Shown here in pieces: positions 47,386-57,131 of a stretch of 57,131 bases of DNA (the stretch's first letter is position 1; each line of letters opens with the position of its first letter). The translations under genes and the position numbers were made by a program. Origin of the DNA: Neophaeotheca triangularis (lineage: Eukaryota); the NCBI GenBank assembly GCA_054600435.1, contig BAAIJX010000016.1, forward strand, positions 372,001 through 429,131, in the 5' to 3' direction. A model generated the notes under the pieces. The model was not told the origin of the DNA. It saw nothing but the letters and a program-made list of their open reading frames with translations, and made no database searches.

Positions 47386-47989
47386 GATTCCCCCGCGTTC
47401 GTCGAGTGAGCTTTGGCTGGTGGGCTTGCTGCTGCGGAAGGTTGATTTTAGAGCTTGGAAGTCGCGGAAACTATGCAAGGGCGTAAAGGGGGGAGGGGTA
47501 CGCGATGTGGGCGACGGACGCCTTCAATCTCCACCGTCTCGTCTCGGTTCGCTCGCGTGTGAGGGTAGTAAGGGATGCTCGGCGCCGTGGCGTGGAAGTG
47601 AAGAGCGAGATTTTGCGTCAGAATAGTTTCTACTGCTGTCGCCTTTTCGCGCGTAGAGGTGCGGAAGAGCGAAACAAGACCACCAGGCTATCTCAGTAGA
47701 AACCGACTCTATTCAATCCTAAGGGAGGTAGGACAAAACGCGTCTTGCGATATAACGGAGTCGATCGATAGCTTAGGTAGCTTCTCGGACACGCAGATGA
47801 GATGGAAGTGTGCGAGGATAGAAGGTAGGATTGAGAAGAGAAGACGGGTTGATGTAGTGATAGAAACACACACAATGACGATGATATAGAACAAAGGCGA
47901 AGAGGTGCACACGATCGGGCATGTCTGATTATATCAAGTGATACAAAGCCCGAATACTGACGCCAGCCAAGCAATGTTGTGACGATATC

Positions 47990-48720
47990 ACCTCTATACA
48001 AGGTACCTAACATAGTATACACAGCCATAGGGCCATCTACCTTTACCTTAGCTTATAGTAAATCTCACGTTACCGCGCTCCGCCCCGCTTGCACTTATAC
48101 CTACGCCTACGCCACTGCCGAGACCCTACTACATTCACGTGTACACCACAATCTACTATTCGACTTTAAAGACAGAATAGTCGCGGTATAGTACCTAAAG
48201 TTGTCTATTACTTAGTTATCCGAATCTACTAGGCTAGTTAATTAGGCAGGTAGGTAGGTAGATAGGTAGGTAGAATAGATAGAATAGGTAAAATGTGAGA
48301 ATTAAAGTCAAGTTAAGGGTTAGATTAAAGAGTAAGGAGTATAAGTAAAAGTAAAAGGAGGGTAAGAGTGAAAAGGTAGGGGTATTAAAGCTCTCTACAT
48401 AACTCCTTTTTCTCTTATTTCCTCTTCTTCTCCTTCTTCCCTTACTTATAGCTAGCTAACCGCTTCAATGTCCATTACATTATAATTGTCTTATGCCGCT
48501 CCTTCTACTAGGGAGGTAGGTAGCCTATAACTAGATTGTCTTGCCCTCCTTCTACTTCTTCTTCCCCTTCTTCCTCTTCCCCTTCTCCCCCTTCGTTCCC
48601 TTCCCCCCCCCCCCCCCCCCTTTTCCTCCCCTCCCCCCCTTCTTTCCTCCCCTTCTTATTACTATTCTTGATTTCTCTTCTTATTACCTTTCTTATTACT
48701 ATTCTTATTCCCCTTCTTAG
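47990..48720. other. TpA-rich RIP-like island flanking the minisatellite
   Basis: Text such as agttaagggttagattaaagagtaaggagtataagtaaaagtaaaagg is depleted of TpG/CpA and rich in TpA. Confidence 0.6.
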
Positions 48721-48723
48721 TAC

Positions 48724-48960
48724 ACTCCCTACTAACTCCTAACTAACTCCTAACTAACTCCCTACTAACTCCCTACTAACTCCTAACCCAACTCCTAACC
48801 AACTCCTAACTAACTCCTAACTAACTCCTAACTAACTCCCTACTAACTCCCTACTAACTCCCTACTAACTCCCTACTAACTCCTAACCAACTCCTAACCA
48901 ACTCCTAACTAACTCCCTACTAACTCCCTACCAACAAACTCCCTACTAAACTCCCTACCA
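48724..48960. repeat. 11-bp minisatellite ACTCC(CT/TA)AC(T/C)A, about 21 units
   Basis: Units ACTCCCTACTA, ACTCCTAACTA, ACTCCTAACCA and ACTCCCTACCA counted by hand. Confidence 0.95.
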
Positions 48961-48980
48961 ACAAAAAAAAAAAACAAATT

Positions 48981-49070
48981 GCATCCAAAAGACGAGGCAT
49001 CCAAAAGACGAGGCATCCAAAAGACGAGGCATCTAAAAGACAGGGCATCCAAAAGACCGGGCACCCAAAA
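48981..49070. repeat. 16-bp tandem repeat GCATCCAAAAGACGAG, about 5.5 copies
   Basis: Three perfect copies followed by degenerate ones. Confidence 0.95.
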
Positions 49071-49747
49071 AAGAAAAAAGAAAAAAGAAAAAGAAACGAA
49101 TCAAAGACAACAACAAAAAAGCGAAGCCGCAGTGTACAAATAAAATTAAGCATTCTCCTTTTAAAAAATCAAGAATACTTTGGAAACTCTAACCAAACTA
49201 CCCACCCCTAAACACGCCCTATCCCATCCCATCCCATCCTATCCCATCCTATCCCATCCCACCCAAAAAAAAAAGACAAAACAAACGCCATTCTATACGC
49301 CGTCCATCCGTCAGCCGCCCATCCCTGCCTACTCCAGTTCAACAAGGAGAAAAAACCACCAGTAGAAGAAGAAGGGGGAAAAAAAAGACAAACGCCAGAC
49401 TTCTTGTAGTCGGGGAGAGAAACATATGATGGTGTAGAAACCCCGGCACTGCTTGCTGCTTTTTTTTTTTTTTTTGGCCCTCGTTCTCGCTCTCGCTCTC
49501 GCTGTCTAGCTCCCTCCCTCGCTCGCACGCGCGTACGCTTTGTACTTTTTATCCGATCGATCCATCGTTTGTCCGTCGCTTGTAGTATTTGGTATGCCCA
49601 CCTTCTTCCAGCCTATTCATCTTCTTCCAAAGCTCCACCCGCTAATGCCCGTACGCACACGAACCGACATTCTAAATGCACCCGACAACAGCTACCTCGG
49701 AATCTCTCAACCAGTCGATTACGTCTGTAACGCATGTTGCTCCAACT

Positions 49748-51895
49748 TTAGAAAAAGTGCGTGTGCGGTTTGCTGAGTTCGTGAACTTCCATTTCCATCT
49801 TGAAAGTATTCAATTCCTCTTTGATTTGTTGCGCCAACATGGGCGTCAAACGGTTACAAGTCGCGATTTCGCCGCGTCGGTCATACTCCTGACTACTCCA
49901 GGCATCGTGAAATTGGATTCGGGGGGAAAAGGAGATGTTTCTAAGACCGCCATTGGGCGTGACGGGAACGCTGTGGGTGCGGCTCGGTGGACGGGCTTGG
50001 AAGTATCCGGTGTTGACTTTGTTGCCATTAAGAATGCCATTGCCGCTTGTCGATGGCGTACTGGAGATGGAAACGGGGGATTCGGTGCGTACTGGAGGCG
50101 ACGGTTGGGGCGAATTTGTGCCAGAGCGTTTGAGGATGCCCTTTCTCACTTCGGCGAGTACGGCTGCGCGGTCTTTGTCGCTGCCGACGATGCTGCGGCG
50201 TTGGGAATGAGAATTTTCGGAACCTTCGGTCGAAGCGCGGAGGGGCTCTGCGCGGAGGCTGGAGACATCTGTGGTGCCGGCTTTGCGGAGGTCGGGGAAG
50301 GTATCGGTGCCATCGGGTCGGTCGGCGGGGTCTGGAGTGGTGTTTAGATTTTCCGGGGTGGCGCCTTGTTGTTGCAGGCGCTCGGCTTCGACCGTCACCA
50401 TTGAAACGCCGCCTACGGTTGGTTGAACGGTGGAGCCTTGGCCGAGTTGAATGGGGCCATCGGCGGCGGGTACCCCAATGACTGACTTGGGTCGGAAGAG
50501 TCCTTTGATAGAGCGGCCTCCTTTCTTCACTCCTTTGCCCATTTTCCGGAGCATCATTGAAGCGGACGAGGCGGTCGACGAGATTGAGAGATTATCCGTG
50601 GATCCAGTGAAACCACCCTGACCGGAGTAGATGCCAGCACCAATACCAGCAGCTTCTTGCCGTGCTGCGATTTCTCGTTGTTCTTCGTCCAGTTCATCTT
50701 CAATGCCCGCCTGCTCCTGGTTCAAGCCTTGCTGTTGTGTGGACATGTTGTGTTGTACCGAAGCCTTTCTCAGCTCTTGTGCACTGCCAAAAGAGAAGGC
50801 TCTCCTCAGGCGGGACTTCATGCCCTTATTGAGGTCCTTGTCTGATACAGCTGCGAGGTGCTGTGCTGCAGGACTGGCCGCCGCTGGTGCTTGTCTTTGC
50901 TTTGGCTGCTCGTGAATATCATTGGTCTGACGAGACAACGGGGAAGGTGTGTTGAGTCGCTTGTTGGCATCAGAAGATCCCCGCGGCGGTACAGCTTTTG
51001 CGTCGACTCGAGGAGAAGCAATCTTTCCATCGTCTTGCGAAACTGCACTATCCCTACTCTGCTCTTTTTGCAAAGATGTAACCGAAGCGTTTCGCTGTGA
51101 TCGTTGGCTTTCAGCACTGCTGTTGCGTTGATGGGAAGAGACTGGTCGGATCGTGGTAGGAGTAGATGTGGCAGTCTTGGGTCCAGAAGAAGGTCGTTGT
51201 GGGTCAGATTGTCCTGGACTCGTGGCGCCTTGAGTTTCGAGGTTGTTCATACTCCGCCTCTTGTACCGCTGAGGAGCAAAGTCGCTCTTGCTTTTGGCAA
51301 GCGCCATATCATCAATGCTCGTACCTCTTTGGAGTGTGGGCTGAGATTGCTGCTGGGTGTTGCTCATGCTGCTTATCGAAGGCGAAGGAGGGCCGCCGAA
51401 TTGAGGGGCAGGGACATTCTGACTCGACACGCTCGAATCTGTACGTCTTTGTGCAGGTCGGTGGTATCTGTTTGGGGATGCTTTTGGCGGCGGGTTGAAG
51501 TCGAGCGACAAGTCAGGCATATCAGAAGACCAGCTGATGAACGGAGCCGGTTGCTCATTCTCCTTTACCGACGGCGATGAGGAAGAGCCTGATGAAGACG
51601 TGGAGGCTGACTGAGCGTGTCCATTCCGTTGAGCACCACCTGTGGCTTGTGGTACGGAGGGAGCGGAGCTGGTACGGCTTTGTAATGTCGGAGTCTTTTG
51701 AAAGGCGTATGCCTGCACGGCGGGTGCACCTCTGTATGAAGTATTCTGGCCATAATTCGACATGCTCTTTTGATGTTGTTGTTGTCCGAGACGGGGGGAG
51801 TGCTGGTTGTATTGATGGTCGGCGGAAGAAGGACGGGAGTGCAGCATGGTAATCGTGCTGGAGGGTGTCATAGGTGGAGACAGTACCTCAGCCAT
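49748..51895 (-). CDS. BNI4: Bni4-like protein phosphatase 1 (Glc7) targeting protein, 715 aa
   Basis: C-terminus RNISFSPRIQFHDAWSSQEYDRRGEIATCNRLTPMLAQQIKEELNTFKMEMEVHELSKPHTHFF is the Bni4-type PP1-binding tail with RVxF-like motifs. In-frame stop just upstream of the ATG. Confidence 0.88.
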   Translation of the reverse strand: MAEVLSPPMTPSSTITMLHSRPSSADHQYNQHSPRLGQQQHQKSMSNYGQNTSYRGAPAVQAYAFQKTPTLQSRTSSAPSVPQATGGAQRNGHAQSASTSSSGSSSSPSVKENEQPAPFISWSSDMPDLSLDFNPPPKASPNRYHRPAQRRTDSSVSSQNVPAPQFGGPPSPSISSMSNTQQQSQPTLQRGTSIDDMALAKSKSDFAPQRYKRRSMNNLETQGATSPGQSDPQRPSSGPKTATSTPTTIRPVSSHQRNSSAESQRSQRNASVTSLQKEQSRDSAVSQDDGKIASPRVDAKAVPPRGSSDANKRLNTPSPLSRQTNDIHEQPKQRQAPAAASPAAQHLAAVSDKDLNKGMKSRLRRAFSFGSAQELRKASVQHNMSTQQQGLNQEQAGIEDELDEEQREIAARQEAAGIGAGIYSGQGGFTGSTDNLSISSTASSASMMLRKMGKGVKKGGRSIKGLFRPKSVIGVPAADGPIQLGQGSTVQPTVGGVSMVTVEAERLQQQGATPENLNTTPDPADRPDGTDTFPDLRKAGTTDVSSLRAEPLRASTEGSENSHSQRRSIVGSDKDRAAVLAEVRKGILKRSGTNSPQPSPPVRTESPVSISSTPSTSGNGILNGNKVNTGYFQARPPSRTHSVPVTPNGGLRNISFSPRIQFHDAWSSQEYDRRGEIATCNRLTPMLAQQIKEELNTFKMEMEVHELSKPHTHFF

Positions 51896-52020
51896 CGGGT
51901 CTGGTTAAGTGAGGAATGTCGGTGGAGGTGTAGGTGAGGTCGGGTTGAGAGGGGATAATGTCGATGGAAGGGATAGCGAGGCTCGGTGGAGGAGGAGGAG
52001 GCTAAGTATACTGGTGCTAT

Positions 52021-52328
52021 CTGAGCCAGCCGGCAGTGTCAGCGAGGTGAGGGAGATGTGTTGGCAAGGGCGGGACAGCAGCGAGGACGAATGAGGGCGT
52101 GTGTAGAGAGTGAAAGTTGCCAAAGGTGAGGAGAAGTGTGTCGTCGATGTTGATGTTGGCCCCCGGGGTGGTCGAAGCGTTGAGGGGAGACTAGAGTCGA
52201 GACATTGCCCAGCGACGAGTGTTGGATGGGCGGAAGCGTTTGTACCGGCGTGAGACAGCAACGAGAGCAGATGGAAGAAGGGCGAGTGGTGATGATGATA
52301 TGATGGAGGGAAGGGAGTCGGAACATAC
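52021..52328 (-). other. Probable 5'-UTR intron of the BNI4-like gene
   Basis: Donor GTATGT at 52328, branch GCTGAC and acceptor CAG at 52021. Confidence 0.5.
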
Positions 52329-52948
52329 CACGTCTCCAAGGTAGGTGCCGTACAGTTGCCCTCACGCCAGCATCAGGGGCTGATGAGGCAGTAGGAGAGC
52401 AGTGATGCTGCCGCTACTACTACGACGGTCGTAAGATTGCGTAGATCGTGATTCGTGGAAGATGGTCAATTAGAGATGCTGATTGATGTGTGTGATGAGA
52501 TGATGATGATGGTGGAGGAGGAGGAGAATTCGGTGGTGGTGGTGGTAGTGATGGTAGTGTGGATGTATCGTGGAATGGAATGCACCAGGCGAAGCGGGAT
52601 TTGGATGAGACAACAGCGCCGGCCGCTCGCTCAACAAAGAGGAGAAAGTGTAAAATGGGAAAGGGTTAAACAGCAATAGTAGGTAGTGTGTAGGTAGGTA
52701 GTCGGACGCGAAAAACGAGACTCGACGGTATGCCAATAATGAGGAACGGAACAAGACAAATGGTAGTAGTAGTACTGTACTCGCAAATCGAGTGTGGTAT
52801 GATGTTAACTAGGAGATGGAGAGGTCGGGTAAGGTAGACAGACTACAGACAGGTGTTGGTCGTGGGTGGAGTGGTGGTCACTGGGTGGTGTCAATAGTAT
52901 GAGAATCAATGGTCCGTACGGTAACGACTCGCCGATCGTCTCTCTAGG

Positions 52949-55078
52949 CACACACACACACACACACACACATACATTCTCTCTCTTTCTCTATATAGGT
53001 ATCTATCAGCTAGTCTGAGTCTAGTTAGTAGTCAAGGTAGACTACTATAGTAGTAGCAGTAGTAGTAGTAGTAGTAGGGTTTCAATGCACCAGATTGGAT
53101 CATCCAACGAGGGCTCGGTAGGGATTTTGAGGGAAGAGGCGTTCAGGGTTTTTAGAGGAACAGGCAGTAGATTGCAGGGGATGCTCGCGCAAGCTACAGT
53201 ACCTTATTATTACTCCACCATTTAACATTATTGGGGCAGCATCATCAAATACTTCCATCAAGTACTACTATGTAGCTAGCTACTACCATGTACCTTGAAC
53301 TTGTACCTACCCACTAAGGGGAGGGCGACAATGATTGTCTTGGTCTGATCTATATTATCATTACACTCTGTCCATAGTAGGTAGGTGTATATCTTGATAA
53401 ACATCAAACAATCCACCTATACGATAGCGATAGCGTTCGGGTCGTATCTCTACTTCTTTCCCCTTATATTATTCCCGTGTAGTCAGTCAGTAGGTCCAGT
53501 ACCTTACCCAAGCCTTCCCTCGGGTTTGACGCTCTCCGCCGCCGCCGCCGCTGCATCTCACATGCATCTCGTGACCGGGAACACTGCAGCCTCGAATCCC
53601 GAGTAGAAGCGACAAGCCTAGCAATGATAGAGAAGTAAGGTAGTAGAAGAAGAAACGCAATGAAGAGTCTTGCCGAGTAATAACCCATGCATCCACTATA
53701 GGCTGTACAGTATAGCACTCGTTAATCACTAGGGAGGTATTTAATGGACAAGAGACGGGACTGTAGAAAGAGAAGCGCGGCAAGCGCTCAAAATACCCAA
53801 TCGATACGAAAAGGTATATTTCGCCCCTTAAGTGTAACTGAACTCTACCTACCTGTACCCTTGAGTGGATACAGTAGTACCTAGGCGGAACGTTCGCATG
53901 CGAGACGGGATAGTGGATAGTGATAGGGGTGTGGAGAGGGAAACAAGGGTCAACGGCTCGTGTTTCCAAAGCCGACCTCGATTTACATAGTAGGTGGAGA
54001 GAAAGAGAGAGACATGACAGGATGGATTCATAACAACTAAACCTTGTCCTGGTCCGGCTCTCACCGATGCTACAATAATTCCTCCACATATATATATATA
54101 CAACAGTGATATGCATTTACACCGTAGCCTTCCATGTTTCCACATCATACTACTTACTACCTACTACTATCCATACACGAGATGCACGTATGTAATCCGC
54201 CAACTCGGAGTTCCGCTCTCATCAATCATCGTGCTTCGTCCGCCCGGCGTTATGTAGCTTTAAGCCGTATTGGGTAGGCAAGAAAAGGAAAAATAAAATA
54301 AACCCCCACCTTACCTTACCTAGCTAGCTACCTTAGTTACCTACCTTGGCACGATCTACGCGGGTGTACGCAATCCTTGATTAAAGCGTGGGGTTAGATT
54401 ATCATTTTATAAGAGAGACGGAAGGGGAGAAAAGTCAATGGCGAGACGGTTACGCGGCTACCATGTGCTTTTGTTATTAGACTAGACTGGTGCGTCTACT
54501 AGCAGTTAACTACTATTTATTCCTCCTACCCGCTCGCTGGGCTAGCTACTTCTGCCTACTCCCTGAGGTGATTTGTCCTGGTCATGTTCTAGGCGAGGGT
54601 GTCCGGATAGCTGCTTTCTGTCCATCTGTCTGCTCGTGACGCGGTTTAATAGATATTCTGTCCTTTAATACGATGAGACTGCTTGATGGGAAGAGTGCAA
54701 GTACGAGGTCATGTGCGAGTTAGCTAGGCATTAGTAGAGAGAAGTTGATGTTCCCGTTTCTTTTCATGTATACGACAAGTAAGTTGGTAGAACTGGATAC
54801 ACTTCATCTCTCTCTCTCTCTCCCTACATCTACATCTACATCTACATCTACATCTACATCTACCCAATGCCACGCCAAACCAACCGCCAACCCAATGCGA
54901 GCCGCAAGCTGCAAGCCGTAAGCCGCAAGCCGCAAGCCGTAAGGCGCAAGCTGCAAGCTGCAAGCAAGCAAGCAAGCAGCACGCAACCACCCTCCCCCTC
55001 CCCCTCCCCTCTCACTCTACACCCTCACTCGCCCACTCTCGCATCCCGAGACAGACAGACCGATCGCCTCCCGCACTA

Positions 55079-55109
<31 letters not shown>

Positions 55110-55884
55110 CTCCACCACCCCACAAGCCCGCCTTACCACCCACGGAGCAAGGAACCCCCCTAACGGCACTGTGAGAGCTAGACTTCAACTCGTCGGATGG
55201 CAGCGCTGCCGGGAGCGTTTCCAGGTCCGGGGTGTGTGGTCGTGCTCGTTGGCTGCCCGCTGGCTGCTGGCCGCGTTGCGTCGTGCGGAGTGTAGACGTG
55301 CGGGTTGCGGCAGGGGGTGCCTCTTGCTCTCTGCGAGTGGGCGGGGCGCTAGTGGCTTTCTGGCGTGTGAGTTTGGGAGGGTGGTGAGGGTGTTTGTCCG
55401 GGGACGAGGGTGGTTCTGTTGTGGTGCTGGGTGGGGCTGTCGGTCCCGGGAGGTGCCTCGTAGGGTAGGGTGGCTCGTTCGGGTTTTGAGAGATGGGTAT
55501 AGTAGGTGGGAGTAGTGCCTTACTGACTGGAGATGTTCTTTTTAAATTTCTCGCTAGGTTTGCTTACCCTTGCTGTCGAAGATCTTAAGCTTTCAGATGG
55601 GGGGGGGAATGTAGACTACCCAAGCCTAGCCACTACAATAGCCGTCTCGACTCGAGCGGTCGACTAGTGGTTTACCATCAGGTGTTTACAGGCTAGTACC
55701 CGTGACACTTGTCAGAAAGATCGACCTCCAACCCCCCATCGGAAACTCCGAAGATCGTTAAGAAGGCTACCACGCGAAATCCCTCCCTTTCGTCAAAACA
55801 TACCTAGAGTGCCATCAAGAGCCGGGCTACGAGGCTTGAAACTCCGTATCAAGTCCGAACCATCATCAACCCCCCTCCCACATC

Positions 55885-55919
<35 letters not shown>

Positions 55920-56170
55920 CCTAACAATACAATCAATCAACCCCCAACAACACAACACCCCCAAAACCCCACAACTACCCAACGATGATACCCCCCCCCC
56001 CCCCCAATTCCAAACCCCAACACCTTTCAAAGCCGAGCTAGCACACTAAACAAACAAACCTCGAGAACAACAAGGCTCCCGTCCCGTCATACGACCCCAA
56101 AAAAAAAAACACGGGTCGCGTGTTTGCATGGCATTAATGTTATATACATATATATATATATATACAGATA
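52949..56170. repeat. Microsatellite-dense intergenic region: (CA)12 52949-52972, (AGT)n about 53050, (CTACAT)n 54824-54863, 7-mer GCAAGCC/GTAAGCC 54901-54975, (CAG)n about 55078, (CAAT)n 55887-55918, (TA)n about 56145
   Basis: Directly visible repeats, no credible coding ORF. Confidence 0.85.
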
Positions 56171-57131
56171 CCAAAAATTGGGCGGACGATCGGTAGGTTA
56201 CGGTAGGTAGGTAGGTTTCCGAACTGTATGTACCTCATCTAGTATAATTGTATCTCGATGCTGAGGGAATGTTTTACTTAGACGTCGGGGTGTTTCCAGT
56301 TGAAGGAAGGGATTGGTTCTGTTTTTTAAGAAATAGGTAGGTAGCCCAGTTGTGTAGATGAGACGAGATGACGCCGAAGGAGGGTCTTTCTCTAAGGTAA
56401 TCCCCGACCTTACCTTACATAGGTACGTATAGATGTGAGGGGGGAATTCGATTTTATATATCGTTAGCGTTTGGATAAAACCCGCCCGGGTGATCCGTCT
56501 GCCTGTCTGTCTGTCTGTCTTAAAAAAAAAAATTAAAAGAAAACCCAAGAATATCGACGAGTCAAAACCCGCTAATTTTCTCTCTTGTACCGTAAGAACA
56601 ACCTCCTTCCCTTTTGAAGACACATACCTGCTGTCCTCCCATCCCACACCTCCCCAACCCACCGTCCACTCGCCTACCGTCCAGTCAATTCCGAGCGAAA
56701 CCCTCCCGCTCGCTCATAAAGTACCCAACCCAACCCGTCCCGTACGAACCTGCTAACCCGTGCGGACCAATCCCAGCCCAGCCCCCCTCCCCCGCGCCTC
56801 AGAAAATCCCTGACCCCCAGATCCTACAAAAAGGAAAGTGGAAAAAAACGCCGTCAAACACCTTCGCTCACGAAACCGCGTCATTGCATCGCACACGTAT
56901 GCTTGCCAAACAACACACAATGGACATGCCGGCGGCCAAAAATCGGGAGGTACGGAGGAGAAGAAGGTTGCGCCTCGCAACCATTCGCGCGCCGAGAGAG
57001 ACCGGGGGGGGGGGGGGGGGGTCGCGTTATCCCACAAGGGACCCACCCGCCAAAAGCGTGACAGAGGAAGCCCAATTTTACAAATTATTAGTTAGACCAC
57101 CCCAAAAAAAAAAAAAATTTAAGGGTCCAAA

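Noticed and set aside
46648..47409. 253-aa Pro/Leu-rich plus-strand ORF
   Set aside because: Antisense translation of the purine-rich minus-strand gene.
48724..49070. CRISPR-like array
   Set aside because: Head-to-tail repeats without unique spacers, in a eukaryotic genome.
1..57131. Intact transposon, Starship, introner family or secondary-metabolite backbone gene
   Set aside because: No transposase, RT, integrase, tyrosine recombinase, PKS or NRPS motifs. No TIR/LTR pairs noticed, and introns do not resemble each other in sequence.

Overview
Eukaryotic DNA from a filamentous ascomycete (Pezizomycotina, probably Dothideomycete-like, judged from short GT-AG introns with CTRAC branch sites, gene content and RIP-like TpA-rich islands). 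By manual splicing I support about 16 protein genes and one tRNA-Gly(GCC). Recognisable genes: a divergent LSM7, a Zn2Cys6-motif protein, an atypical HSPA12-like Hsp70, poly(A) polymerase PAP1, a homoserine-O-acetyltransferase-like alpha/beta hydrolase head-to-head with a flavin-reductase-like protein, an AA1-like small secreted protein, a SnoaL/NTF2-like protein next to a PTS1-bearing SDR, and a Bni4-like PP1-targeting protein. There are also several conserved or orphan hypothetical proteins, and many micro- and minisatellites. No intact transposon, CRISPR array or rRNA is present. I cannot prove a new system from sequence alone. The best leads are: (1) a local cluster of orphan coiled-coil genes plus a pseudogene, three of which share an NLS overlapped by a CDK site; (2) complex splice signals at the 3' end of PAP1 (alternative C-termini and 3'-UTR introns); (3) an Lsm7 lacking the invariant Sm1 Asn and carrying an in-frame, stop-free intron; (4) a minisatellite inside a RIP-like island; (5) a strong within-gene C-to-G skew that shapes protein composition. 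All family assignments come from motif recognition, not database searches.
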